A stretch of 55,161 bases of DNA from a virus (taxonomy: Duplodnaviria > Caudoviricetes). The DNA lies in the IMG/VR virus record IMGVR_UViG_3300025120_000065, positions 1 to 55,161 of that record; one strand, given 5' to 3'. Below the pieces are notes generated by a model. It was not told where the DNA came from and ran no database searches. It saw only the letters and a program-made list of their open reading frames with translations. A program made the translations under genes and the position numbers. Of this stretch, positions 19,642-29,802 are shown piece after piece (position 1 is the first letter of the stretch; every line of letters begins with the position of its first letter).

Positions 19642-20654
19642 TAATAAAAAGGTATTCCTGTTGCTGGATTAACTACTTGTGTATATACAAGTCTTCCTAA
19701 GTTGGGTATGCTGACAACCTCTCCTATGTTAAACTTTCCAGTTCTTAAATCCTCTTGACTATTTAAAGATGTAACTGTTTGAGCACTATCTACATAACTT
19801 TTTAAATTAGCTTGAGCCTGTGATCGTAACGTCGTAATACCATCATATAAAATAGGATCTTCTGTACTACCATATGTGCCCTCAAGATAATCTGCAGTTT
19901 TTAATCTGGCTACTTCTACTTGAGCTTCTTTACCTTCCATTTTAGTTCTAATATTACCTTCCATGTCCATACCTATATCAAAAGCCATCAGTTCCATTTT
20001 AAATTGAGAGTTTACGATAGGTTGAAAAGTACCCAAGTTAAAAGACGGGCCTTTTTCACCATCCTTAATACTTTCAGCTTCTTTCATGGTTCTTAAATCT
20101 TTTAGTATTTTTGTTTTCTGTCGTTCAAAGTCAGCAATCTTATCAGGATCATTAGTTTGTAATTGTTTTTGTGAAAGTACAGCAAGTCTAGAACCAAAGC
20201 TGTTACTTATTTCATCTGGTTCTTGATATTGTTCTTGCAAAAATTTAGCATCAAAACCTCCAAAAGACGTACCAGTTGCAGGTGCTCCTGCATTTACGTC
20301 TTCGTTAAGTTCTGCTACAGAATTTGTTGTTCTCATATTGTAATTTTTACTTACGTCTACACCATTTATAACTGCACGTTTTCCTACGTCTAAATACAAG
20401 TCGCCAGCAGTTTTTCCTTGTGTAGCTATTTCAGCAGCTTGAGTGTCTGTGTAACCTACAAATTTTAAAGCTCCAACTAATTCTTCTGTAGCTTTCTTTT
20501 CAGATTCACGCTCTGCTTGTTTACGTAATCTTACTGCCCTTGCTTCACGTCTAGATTCCTCAAGACGCTTTTGCATTCTATCTTCATTAACACGTATACG
20601 AGTAGTAACCGCATCTGCTGCACCTGCTGCAAAACCCCCAAAATTAAATGCCAT
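19641..20654 (-). CDS. Probable internal virion protein
   Basis: Gly/Ala-rich N-terminus then coiled coil; positional. Confidence 0.55.
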   Translation of the reverse strand: MAFNFGGFAAGAADAVTTRIRVNEDRMQKRLEESRREARAVRLRKQAERESEKKATEELVGALKFVGYTDTQAAEIATQGKTAGDLYLDVGKRAVINGVDVSKNYNMRTTNSVAELNEDVNAGAPATGTSFGGFDAKFLQEQYQEPDEISNSFGSRLAVLSQKQLQTNDPDKIADFERQKTKILKDLRTMKEAESIKDGEKGPSFNLGTFQPIVNSQFKMELMAFDIGMDMEGNIRTKMEGKEAQVEVARLKTADYLEGTYGSTEDPILYDGITTLRSQAQANLKSYVDSAQTVTSLNSQEDLRTGKFNIGEVVSIPNLGRLVYTQVVNPATGIPFY

Positions 20655-21166
20655 TATGCTCTCCTCGCCATAAGACCAGTTGGTTGTGGTTCAACTTCTT
20701 CTGGTACTTCTTCTACCTCAACTGTCTCTTCAGAGTTTAACTCTTCAGGTAAACGTTCTTTCATCTTCTTCATAGCTAGTGCAATCTTACTGCTAGATAT
20801 GCGATCATCATCTTTACGCATTTCTGTACCTGTGTCGTACTCAATGCCAGCGTCATCACCTATGTATGCCATCATCTCAATAAGCACAGGCATAATAAGC
20901 ATACCCACATCAATAGTATGTTTACCTTCCATTACACCTGCTGACTGAATACTATTAGCAATAGTAGTTAAGGGTATACCCATCTCCATAATATCAAGGA
21001 GTTGGTCATTAAAGTTTTCTTCTGTCATTCTAGGTATATAAAAATCTAGAGCTTCCTCAACTGTGTTGTACTGTGGTGGATTCTGCCAAGGTCTACTTCC
21101 TACTTCAGCAGTCATACCCATACCCGGTGTAGGTCTATTGAGGGATACTTCAGGTGTCTCTATCAT
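20654..21166 (-). CDS. Hypothetical acidic late protein
   Basis: Coupled to neighbours; ends GLMARRA. Confidence 0.75.
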   Translation of the reverse strand: MIETPEVSLNRPTPGMGMTAEVGSRPWQNPPQYNTVEEALDFYIPRMTEENFNDQLLDIMEMGIPLTTIANSIQSAGVMEGKHTIDVGMLIMPVLIEMMAYIGDDAGIEYDTGTEMRKDDDRISSSKIALAMKKMKERLPEELNSEETVEVEEVPEEVEPQPTGLMARRA

Positions 21167-21362
21167 CTTTAATCCTCATTCTATCTTCACGTATTTGTGC
21201 TACGTATCTTGCCACACGTTCCATAGGTTCGCTATTAGACGTATCGCTAGACATAGTATCTTTATTACGAGACAGCAATCCCTTTGCTTTATCTAAAGAG
21301 CTTACTTCTTTTTTCTCTGGCATTTTTATATTGTTATATGCATCAGCAAAAACATTAAACAT
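21150..21362 (-). CDS. Hypothetical late protein
   Basis: Operon packing. Confidence 0.65.
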   Translation of the reverse strand: MFNVFADAYNNIKMPEKKEVSSLDKAKGLLSRNKDTMSSDTSNSEPMERVARYVAQIREDRMRIKDDRDT

Positions 21363-24300
21363 TTATTTTTTACTCCCAAATATACCATCAACTAACGAAC
21401 CTGCAAAACTGCCACTAAGATCTGAAGTAAACAATGTACCCACTAAATTACCAAACGCTATAGATGAATTATAATCATTTTGTGCAGTAGTAGCAGCAGC
21501 ACTTGCATCATTATTAAGGTTAGCAATAGCAATATCTACAGTACGTTCACGTTCACTTTCAGCACTAGTCCATACATATTCCATTGTATCGGAGTAGTAG
21601 TTCCACAAGTTATCGTATGCAGTATTAGATACAGCCAACATGTTTGCAGCATTAATCTCATTAGATCTATTGAGAGCGGCAGTGTCTTCTGTTGCTACTT
21701 GTCTACGCCAGTTAGCATTATTCTGCGCTATTACAAGTTGATTAGATGCATTAAACTGATCACGCTGACTTTCAATTTGTGCATTAAACTTGTTTACAGC
21801 ATTTTCTTCACCTGCATTAAATTGAGCAACGGCATTTTTTTGAGTTGCATTAAACTGAGATACTTGTGCAGATAAATTTTCCATAAACATATTTACTTGA
21901 TTCTCACTGCTTGCATTAAACTGAGCAGCGGCATTTTCTGCAGCTTGATCTGACAGTAAGGCTTGTTGCATAGATTGAGATCTAAACATATTTGTTTGTT
22001 GACGATTACTTAGATTAGTCATGTCCATGCTCAAGAATGCTTGTGCGTTTTGAACAGCAGCTTGTTGCCTAGAATTTAAATTAGCCATATCCATATTAGC
22101 TAACGTTGCTGCATTTTGTAGTGTTGCAGTGTTGGCACTAGACATTTCTGCTAATCCAACAGACTGCATCATCTGTGAGTTAGCTAGTGTCATCTGTTGC
22201 TCAGATGTGTACTGAATATTAGCAGCCTCTGCAAAACGTTCAGCATTAATTACGGCTACCTGTTGTTCGTTTTGTAATTCTTGATTACGTAACGTAGCTT
22301 CTACCTGCATGTTAGCCACAGCTACCTGTTGTCTGTTAGATAGTTCTGTCATATCTACAGTCATAGTATTGGTAGCATTAAACAAACGAGTTTGTTGTTC
22401 GTTATTTAATTCTATCTGACGATCTTCAAGTACACTTGAGATATTAAATATAGCAGCTTGTTGACTATTGTTAATAGCCTGACCTTCAAAAGCTGTACGT
22501 GCAGAGTACTCTTGGATAAACGCTTGTTGTTTATTAGAAAGATTAATATTATTAACCTCTGCATAACGCTCTGCATTAATTATAGCAGCCTGTTGTTTGT
22601 TGTCAAGAACTTTACCTTGCAAACTTGCACGTAGTTGTGAATTTGCAAGTGCAGTTTGTTGACGGTTAGAAAGGTTAGCAACTTCAATCTGTAAACTTTC
22701 AGTAGATGCTTGTAATTTTACCTGCTGTTCATTGGTTAGATTAATGTCGTTTACTTGTGCAACACGTGAAGCATTAAACAAAGCTGTCTGCTGTCTAATA
22801 TCCATAGACTTACCTTCAAGTGCAGCACGTGATTGTGCATCTTGCATAAAGGCCTGTTGCTGTGCATTAGCATCAAACTGAGCAGCTTCAAACGTTTGTG
22901 ATGAAGCAAGCACTGCCATCTGCTGTTCATTAGTAAGCTCTTGTCCTGCAATAGAAGCCTGTACCTGAAGATTAGATAACGCAGTTTGTTGTGTGTTAGA
23001 CAAGTTAGCCATATCAACTTGTAAGTTTTCAGATGACCTTTGCAGTAGTGCTTGTTGTGTATTATTTAAGTTTATATTATTTACTTCTGCATAACGTGCA
23101 GCATTTACTAAAGACGTTTGTGTTTTTACATCTAAGTTTTTCTGTTGTACTGCAGATTTAAATTGTGCATTAGCAAGAATAACAGACTGTTCGTTAGACA
23201 AACTTTGTGTTTGTAGTGTAAATGCATTAGTACTATTAGCCAACGCAACCTGTTGCCTGTTATTTAAATTAGCAAGCTCCATGTTTTGGTTTGCTGCAGC
23301 ATTAGATAGAGCTACTTGTTGCTTAAAGTTAGCGTTAGATATATTTGCATCATACAAAAACTTAGCATCGGCAGATGCAATAGGTAATGCAGCCTCCATA
23401 GTGGCCTGTACGATAGCTGCACCTGCCATGCTAGAACCCGCTAAACCCCGTGATGCCATTGCCGCATTAGCCGCTCTCATAGCACCTGCAGCCCATACAG
23501 GTGTACCATTTTCAAACTGTGCCATAAGCTCAGACATCTGACCTTGTACAGTAGACTTAGCTGTAACGTTTACCTGTGCAGCCTCTGCAAGATACTGTGA
23601 CATTGTACCTTGTTCAGCTACCGCTTTAGCTGCAGTGTTTAATTCATTAGCTACAGCAGCAACAGCCTCTACAGCTTGACCTATTTGTAATCCCTGTGCT
23701 TCAGCGTCAATAAGTTCTTGTGCACCCACACGGCCTTCTGCACCTGCAATTGTAGATTGATAAGATGTTGTAGCTATATCTGCTTGAGGAATAGTAGATG
23801 CAGTAGCGGCATTTTCTACAGCAGTTTTTTGTATATTTGCAATATCTGCAGGGGGAAGATTGTAATAGTCTTGAGATGTAATAGTCTCACCATCTGCAAC
23901 TTGTCCACGTGCAGACTCTAGTGTAGACTGATATGTACTAATAGAATTTTCAGCTTGTTCTGCAGTAAGACCTACACCTTCAGCTTTTACAACTTCATTT
24001 TCTTTTACTTGTCCTTCAGCTACACCCATCTTGCCTACATCATAATCAGTGACAGCAGTTACCTCTGGTGTAGGTTCTTCAAACTTTACAGCTTCTGTAG
24101 TTACTACAGGTTTTAGTAATGCTTGAGCTTGTGCTATTGGTATGTTTAATGCAGTAGCGGCTTTAGCAATTTCATCTGCAGATACAGTACGTGCACCAGC
24201 CTTAACTTCTTGTATATACTTTTCATCTACACCAATAGCAGTAGCTAAACTACTATCTGGTATAGTTCCTTGTGCCGCCTGTACTTGAGCTTCAGGTGAT

Positions 24301-24719
24301 ACAGTTCCTGTTTCTGCGACAACACCTTGTAATGCGGTGCTTACTTGAGGTGTAACAGTACTTGGATCTACTGTTGCGGGAGAAATTGATGGCTCTGTTG
24401 GAAGTATACTTAAACTATTGCCCGAACCAACTAATGCTCTTGGATCTTGTTGAATTGGGAAAAATGATGTTTTTGTTGGTCCTTTTGCAGTTGCTGCAGT
24501 TATAGGTGAAGCAGCCGTTACCGTAGGCGCAGTAGGAGCATCACCCGCTGTTGTACTAAGTAATTGATTTGACGTTATAGTAGTTCCTACAGGAGAAACC
24601 TTAGCACCAAAAGGCAAAGAAGGTTGGAGTGCTCTATCTGCCATAAGATCTTCAATAGTCGGACCCTGTACTACAGCGTCTTCATTTTGGTTTTCTTCGT
24701 TTTGGTTTTCTTCTGCCAT
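21363..24719 (-). CDS. Q/N/A-rich repetitive internal virion protein
   Basis: Many NLSN.QQ.AL.N units; RYAEVNNINL occurs twice. Confidence 0.65.
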   Translation of the reverse strand: MAEENQNEENQNEDAVVQGPTIEDLMADRALQPSLPFGAKVSPVGTTITSNQLLSTTAGDAPTAPTVTAASPITAATAKGPTKTSFFPIQQDPRALVGSGNSLSILPTEPSISPATVDPSTVTPQVSTALQGVVAETGTVSPEAQVQAAQGTIPDSSLATAIGVDEKYIQEVKAGARTVSADEIAKAATALNIPIAQAQALLKPVVTTEAVKFEEPTPEVTAVTDYDVGKMGVAEGQVKENEVVKAEGVGLTAEQAENSISTYQSTLESARGQVADGETITSQDYYNLPPADIANIQKTAVENAATASTIPQADIATTSYQSTIAGAEGRVGAQELIDAEAQGLQIGQAVEAVAAVANELNTAAKAVAEQGTMSQYLAEAAQVNVTAKSTVQGQMSELMAQFENGTPVWAAGAMRAANAAMASRGLAGSSMAGAAIVQATMEAALPIASADAKFLYDANISNANFKQQVALSNAAANQNMELANLNNRQQVALANSTNAFTLQTQSLSNEQSVILANAQFKSAVQQKNLDVKTQTSLVNAARYAEVNNINLNNTQQALLQRSSENLQVDMANLSNTQQTALSNLQVQASIAGQELTNEQQMAVLASSQTFEAAQFDANAQQQAFMQDAQSRAALEGKSMDIRQQTALFNASRVAQVNDINLTNEQQVKLQASTESLQIEVANLSNRQQTALANSQLRASLQGKVLDNKQQAAIINAERYAEVNNINLSNKQQAFIQEYSARTAFEGQAINNSQQAAIFNISSVLEDRQIELNNEQQTRLFNATNTMTVDMTELSNRQQVAVANMQVEATLRNQELQNEQQVAVINAERFAEAANIQYTSEQQMTLANSQMMQSVGLAEMSSANTATLQNAATLANMDMANLNSRQQAAVQNAQAFLSMDMTNLSNRQQTNMFRSQSMQQALLSDQAAENAAAQFNASSENQVNMFMENLSAQVSQFNATQKNAVAQFNAGEENAVNKFNAQIESQRDQFNASNQLVIAQNNANWRRQVATEDTAALNRSNEINAANMLAVSNTAYDNLWNYYSDTMEYVWTSAESERERTVDIAIANLNNDASAAATTAQNDYNSSIAFGNLVGTLFTSDLSGSFAGSLVDGIFGSKK

Positions 24720-24724
24720 ATTAA

Positions 24725-25192
24725 TTATCCATTCACTACTTCATTAAGACCCCAGATCATTCCTGCTACACCACCTACGAAGATTACTACTCCGACTACC
24801 AATGATATACCCCAGAATAATCTGTCTCTTTGCTTTGCTTGTAATTCTAACGATTCTTTGTGTCTTTGTCTAGCTGCTGCTTGCTCTTTTACAACTAAAT
24901 CCCACATGCCGGGAGGTCCATATAGCTGACAAGCTGACCTTAATTCATCCATGCATTCTTTGTGTTTCATCTTAGCTTGTGCAATTGCAAAGCCTTCTTC
25001 TTCAGATGAACTCAGTCTAGCTAGTGGGCCTTTATGTGCACCCTTTTCGGCTAACTGTATCTCACTATCTAACTTTGCTAACTTACCAAAGTGAGGCAGT
25101 AAGTCTGCTACGTCACTACCAGCTTTAACTGCAGAACTAACTGCACCAGCTATCTTAGTAACTGCACCTGCTAAAGCTAATACTTCTATCAT
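24725..25192 (-). CDS. Membrane-anchored hypothetical protein
   Basis: C-terminal TM helix. Confidence 0.7.
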   Translation of the reverse strand: MIEVLALAGAVTKIAGAVSSAVKAGSDVADLLPHFGKLAKLDSEIQLAEKGAHKGPLARLSSSEEEGFAIAQAKMKHKECMDELRSACQLYGPPGMWDLVVKEQAAARQRHKESLELQAKQRDRLFWGISLVVGVVIFVGGVAGMIWGLNEVVNG

Positions 25193-25206
25193 CGTGGCAA
25201 ATCCTA

Positions 25207-25470
25207 TTAATCATTATTCGCCATCTTTTCTACTGATGATCTTATTGCTTTTATATTTTCGTCAATACGGGCAAGTGATACTGCTTGATTGTGTACAGAT
25301 GTTTCTAACCTGCCTATACGTTCTTCTAGTGCTATAATCTCTTCTGAGTTATCTTCAATGTCGGACATCATCATAGAGACTGTCCATACAATAGCTGCAC
25401 CCTGAACAATTAGTCCAAAAATCAGTGTAATTGGTACAGACTTGTTTAAGTGCCAGCTATCGTCAGACAT
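25207..25470 (-). CDS. TM + coiled-coil protein (possible lysis accessory)
   Basis: GAGGG RBS before MSDD; N-terminal TM then heptads. Confidence 0.6.
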   Translation of the reverse strand: MSDDSWHLNKSVPITLIFGLIVQGAAIVWTVSMMMSDIEDNSEEIIALEERIGRLETSVHNQAVSLARIDENIKAIRSSVEKMANND

Positions 25471-25471
25471 T

Positions 25472-25795
25472 TTAAGATTCCCCTCTTTCATCACACCAAG
25501 TATCTGCCATAGCTTCTACTTGAGTATTGTTTAGAGGATTATTATCTTCATCTGTAAAAAGATATTTTCCTTTACTAGGACCATATCTATTATGCATAGT
25601 CAGTAATTTAGTTTTTAATTCAGCACGAGTTAATGTTACTACTGTGTCTGGAACATAATAATCACGGTTTGCTAAATCTGGACTGTAACCAACATAAGTA
25701 TTATAGTCTCCGTCAAAAAAATATCCCCCATCTTCTATCCAAGACGGAGTGCGTTTAAGATCCATTTCACGGACTAGCATATATTCAATAATCAT
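25472..25795 (-). CDS. Hypothetical protein linked to the propeller array
   Basis: ATGA overlap with the upstream gene. Confidence 0.75.
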   Translation of the reverse strand: MIIEYMLVREMDLKRTPSWIEDGGYFFDGDYNTYVGYSPDLANRDYYVPDTVVTLTRAELKTKLLTMHNRYGPSKGKYLFTDEDNNPLNNTQVEAMADTWCDERGES

Positions 25796-26604
25796 TTTTT
25801 ATTCTCCAAACGTAACATGTATTCTGTGTTAGCAAAGTCAGCTTTACCAAATATACGTTCTGCTGTTACATCCACATTAACACAGTACTTATCTGCCATT
25901 TGATCTAAGAACTCTTCTAGATCATTAGAGTGAGGTATGTCTTGTTTTTGTATACGTTCAGCAGTATGCGTAACATAACCACTTACCTCTGTTAGACTTA
26001 CTTGTGGATGTACACCGTATTGTTGTAAATATTCTATTGTAGCTGTCTGTGCTCTACCACCATCAAGTAAGTTGCGATACATAAGCTCAAAACCACGACG
26101 AACATGATGACGTTTTTCTTCAGCTTCAAATGTTTCCTCATCCCACTCATCAATGTTGTTTGTTTCTTTTATATTTTCATAGGCATCTATTAATGTTGCA
26201 ATGTCTTTAAACGCACCATTAATTTTAGACTCTAGTCTTTCCAGATTAAATCTTTTTTGTCTTAACTCTGCTTGTGCAACCATATCAATGTCACCCTCAA
26301 GCTGATCTATTTCTTTTAAACATTTAGCATGGCTTACTTGGGCCTCTGCTAGTGCAGACTTACGTTTGTCAATCTCTGCAGTAACTTGACGTAGCATACG
26401 CATAGGAGACTGACCGTTTAACATAGTTAAAGTCATAAGAGATATTGTATGTTGACTGTTTTGCCTATCAAAGGCACGAGTCTTTTCGTCTATTTCTGGT
26501 AAGAACTGATTTACTTTTGCTACAGCAGCAGTATTTATTTTGTCTGCTGCTACTGCTGGTAAACTAAATGTCCATTCTTCTGTGGTTGTTAATTCTTTTT
26601 TCAT
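25792..26604 (-). CDS. Coiled-coil protein directly after the propeller array
   Basis: AAGGA RBS before MKKELT; long heptad region. Confidence 0.8.
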   Translation of the reverse strand: MKKELTTTEEWTFSLPAVAADKINTAAVAKVNQFLPEIDEKTRAFDRQNSQHTISLMTLTMLNGQSPMRMLRQVTAEIDKRKSALAEAQVSHAKCLKEIDQLEGDIDMVAQAELRQKRFNLERLESKINGAFKDIATLIDAYENIKETNNIDEWDEETFEAEEKRHHVRRGFELMYRNLLDGGRAQTATIEYLQQYGVHPQVSLTEVSGYVTHTAERIQKQDIPHSNDLEEFLDQMADKYCVNVDVTAERIFGKADFANTEYMLRLENKK

Positions 26605-26617
26605 TGTTAGTTTCCTT

Positions 26618-27577
26618 TTATGTTCCTGCTGCTCCACCTGCGGCTCTGTAAACCCCCCGTGTTAAATCTCCAAAGTCGACAGCGTTACCAGAAGATGCAG
26701 CTATTGTTAAGTATTGAATTACATTTGAAGGACCACTTGCTGAAGCATCCCCACCTGCAACTATCCCTCTACTTGCATCTCCTCCTCCTCCACCTATATC
26801 CTTGTTATGAGTGTTCAGATCACCTATGTCAGTACCATTTCCATTAGTCGCAATAGTAATTCTTTCTATTCTAGATTCACTACCTTGATTTAGCCCCGCA
26901 CAAAAAACACCATACGTTGTATCTGAAATATTACTAGTAGCGTCTGTAAAGTAGTAAGACAAAGCTCCATAGTCTGTAGCATTACCCGCTGTAGCAACAA
27001 TAATTTTTTCTGTTCTGTACAAATCGTCGCCAATCGTAGTAAAAACCCCTATTGTACCGTCACAAACACCAGCACTACCGTCTGCACTATTTTGTGTTAA
27101 GTCACCAAAATCTGTTGCATTACCTGTAGTAGATATAGTAATATAGTCCATTACATTACTATTACCGCCTTCACCACCCGCAAATACACCACGAGTTCCA
27201 TTAGATAAAGAACCCATGCGTCTTCTAGCAACACTCATGTTTCCAAAGTCCGTAGCATTACCAGTAGTACCTATTGTTATATAATCAATAACATCTTGAT
27301 TACTTCCTGTGTAGCCTCCCCCAAAAACTCCTCTACTCCCGTTTGAAGTACCTGCACCTAAATATCTACCAACAGTCAAATCACCGAAGTCTGTAGCATT
27401 ACCTGTTGTTTGTATTGTTACATAGTCCATAACATTTACAGTACTTGCTCCACCTGCGTGTACATATCTAGCACCGTACCATTTAGGAGTATTGTCACCA
27501 CCAACGGCTACACCACCAACAGTTATAACACCGTCATTGCTAATCTCATTTGTTTGATGATTAAATGTTAATGCCAT
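26618..27577 (-). CDS. Six-repeat beta-propeller-like module 4 (intact)
   Basis: MALTFNHQT leader; six RGVFxGG...DY.TI.TTGNATDFGDL-type repeats; ends AGT*. Confidence 0.85.
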   Translation of the reverse strand: MALTFNHQTNEISNDGVITVGGVAVGGDNTPKWYGARYVHAGGASTVNVMDYVTIQTTGNATDFGDLTVGRYLGAGTSNGSRGVFGGGYTGSNQDVIDYITIGTTGNATDFGNMSVARRRMGSLSNGTRGVFAGGEGGNSNVMDYITISTTGNATDFGDLTQNSADGSAGVCDGTIGVFTTIGDDLYRTEKIIVATAGNATDYGALSYYFTDATSNISDTTYGVFCAGLNQGSESRIERITIATNGNGTDIGDLNTHNKDIGGGGGDASRGIVAGGDASASGPSNVIQYLTIAASSGNAVDFGDLTRGVYRAAGGAAGT

Positions 27578-27578
27578 A

Positions 27579-28112
27579 TTATGTTCCTGAACAGCCACCT
27601 GCGCCATACCTACCTTGAGTTAAGTCTCCAAAGTCAGTAGCATTACCAGTATTAGCTATAGTAATATAATCAATTACAGTATCGTATATTGTACTAAATC
27701 CCCCACCAAATACGCCTCTAGTACCATTAGCAGCACCTGCCATTAAAGTCCTAGCTACAGTTAAATCTCCAAAGTCTGTAGAATTACCTGTTGTATCGGT
27801 AGTAATATACTGCATTACATTAATGTACGGGTAATAACCCCCCGCAAAAACACACCTAGTTTCACTAGAAAGACCACCCATAGAGTCTGACGTGACAACC
27901 AAATCACCAAAGTCAGTAGCATTACCTGTAGTATCTATAGTAATATAATCAATTACGTTACTATAATTATCAGCATAGCCACCTGCAAAAACACCCCTAG
28001 TAGTACCCCCTGCACCAGATATACTATACCTAGCTTGAGTTAAGTCTCCAAAGTCAGTAGCATTACCAGTAGTAGATATAGTGACATAATCTAGCGTGTT
28101 TAACTGACCCAT
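27579..28112 (-). CDS. Propeller module 3, C-terminal fragment (rest of blade 3 plus blades 4-6)
   Basis: ATG one codon after an in-frame TAA; GGAGG upstream; ends SGT*. Confidence 0.7.
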   Translation of the reverse strand: MGQLNTLDYVTISTTGNATDFGDLTQARYSISGAGGTTRGVFAGGYADNYSNVIDYITIDTTGNATDFGDLVVTSDSMGGLSSETRCVFAGGYYPYINVMQYITTDTTGNSTDFGDLTVARTLMAGAANGTRGVFGGGFSTIYDTVIDYITIANTGNATDFGDLTQGRYGAGGCSGT

Positions 28113-28115
28113 AAA

Positions 28116-28547
28116 TTAATTGCCTCCACCAAATACACCACGAGTACCATTACTTGCAGAGGCAAGTGTATCTCTACCTACAGTCAAATCACCAAAGTCA
28201 GTAGCATTGCCAGTAGTAGATATGGTAATATAGTCCATAGTATTTACTCTACCTGCACCACTTGCATTCCCACCACCAAATACCCCACGAGTACGGTTAC
28301 TTACGGCAGTAGTGCCATCTCTTCCTTGAGTTAAATTACCAAAATCAGTAGCATTACCTGTTGAAGCTATGGTAATATAATCTATGGTGTCTAATTTACC
28401 ATTATTAAGATTACCTCCACCGAATACACCACGAGAACCGTAGAAAAAAACAGGACTATTATCCCCACCAACGGCTACACCATTAAAAGTCGTAGCCCCT
28501 GTTAAGTTGCTTATATCGTCTGTCTGATAATTAATTGTTAATGCCAT
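28116..28547 (-). CDS. Propeller module 3, N-terminal fragment (leader, blades 1-2, first strand of blade 3)
   Basis: MALTINYQT leader; stops at GGGN*. Confidence 0.75.
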   Translation of the reverse strand: MALTINYQTDDISNLTGATTFNGVAVGGDNSPVFFYGSRGVFGGGNLNNGKLDTIDYITIASTGNATDFGNLTQGRDGTTAVSNRTRGVFGGGNASGAGRVNTMDYITISTTGNATDFGDLTVGRDTLASASNGTRGVFGGGN

Positions 28548-28548
28548 A

Positions 28549-29529
28549 TTATGTTCCTGAAAGACCTGCCATTGCTTTTCTAGCAACAGTTAAATCGCCA
28601 AAGTCTATAGCGTTGCCAGTAGTATCTATAGTCACATAGTCTATTGTATTATACCTAGTTGAACTACTGTAACCCCCTGCAATAGTAGCCCTGACTGCGT
28701 TTGAAGCCGCTGAAGGTTGTTGTCTTGCAACAGTAAGATCACCAAAATCAGTAGCATTACCTGCTGTAGCCATAGTTACATAATCAATTACATTGGAGGG
28801 GCCAGCGCCACCTGCAAATAAAGCCCTGACTGTACTGCCTGTAGAATACCTGTCCTGAATAGTAACGGTCATGTCACCAAAGTCAGTTGAATTACCTTCT
28901 GTTTGTATACTTAAATATTCTATAGTATTAACTATAGCAAAACTAGGAGCAGATATAATCCCAAGATGAAAAACTGCCCTATCTCCATTAGACCAGCCCT
29001 GTGGCGGTTTAGCAGCAGGTACTGTGCCACTGTAAGATGTAGCATTCCCTGTTGTTGCTATTGTAATTTTTTCTACATTTGTTATACCCTGATTTGAACT
29101 ATTTGTTCCTGCTATTATAATACCTTTAACTCCATCAGATGCACTCGCTGGACTTTGCCTACCTGTAGTAAGGTCTCCAAAATCTACAGCATTCGCTAGA
29201 GTAGCTACAGTAAAATAATCTATATCAGTTGTGTAGTTATACCCACCCCCAACTACCCCACGAGAGCCATCTGAAATTCCAAACGGCGATCTTCCTCTTT
29301 CAGCTACAAGATTGCCAAAGTCGGTGGCATTGCCTGTTGAAGCTATGGTTATGTAATCTATAACATTGGAAAAACCACTTCCAACAGCATCATACCCACC
29401 AGCAAATACACCTCTTGAACCATACCAAAAACGGGGCGTATTATCACCACCAACGGCTACGCCATTAACAAGGATAGTACCAGTAGCATTGCTAATGTCG
29501 TTAGTCTGATGGTTTATGGTGAGAGCCAT
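28549..29529 (-). CDS. Six-repeat beta-propeller-like module 2 (intact)
   Basis: MALTINHQT leader; six repeats; ends SGT*. Confidence 0.85.
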   Translation of the reverse strand: MALTINHQTNDISNATGTILVNGVAVGGDNTPRFWYGSRGVFAGGYDAVGSGFSNVIDYITIASTGNATDFGNLVAERGRSPFGISDGSRGVVGGGYNYTTDIDYFTVATLANAVDFGDLTTGRQSPASASDGVKGIIIAGTNSSNQGITNVEKITIATTGNATSYSGTVPAAKPPQGWSNGDRAVFHLGIISAPSFAIVNTIEYLSIQTEGNSTDFGDMTVTIQDRYSTGSTVRALFAGGAGPSNVIDYVTMATAGNATDFGDLTVARQQPSAASNAVRATIAGGYSSSTRYNTIDYVTIDTTGNAIDFGDLTVARKAMAGLSGT

Positions 29530-29541
29530 TATGTTTTCCTA

Positions 29542-29802
29542 CTATGTTCCTGAAAGTCCACCGCTACCCTGTCTACCTACACTTAAATTACCAAAGTCAG
29601 TAGCGTTACCTGTAGTATCAATAGTTACATAGTCTATAGTGTCCTCAGTAGCTGACGAAGAACTATGCCCCCCACCAAAAGTGGCTCTAGTTCCATTTGA
29701 TGCTGCTGCTGGAACACTTCTAGCAACAGTTAAGTTCCCAAAGTCCGTAGCATTACCCGCTGATGCCATTGTTACATAGTCTATTACATCTGATTTTGGC
29801 AT
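29542..29802 (-). CDS. Propeller module 1, C-terminal fragment (rest of blade 5 plus blade 6)
   Basis: TAATG overlap with the fibre gene; AGGAGG upstream; ends SGT*. Confidence 0.7.
   Translation of the reverse strand: MPKSDVIDYVTMASAGNATDFGNLTVARSVPAAASNGTRATFGGGHSSSSATEDTIDYVTIDTTGNATDFGNLSVGRQGSGGLSGT

Noticed and set aside
28113-28118. Stop-codon reassignment explaining the in-frame TAA
   Set aside because: TAA is the normal and most common stop for the other genes in this genome.
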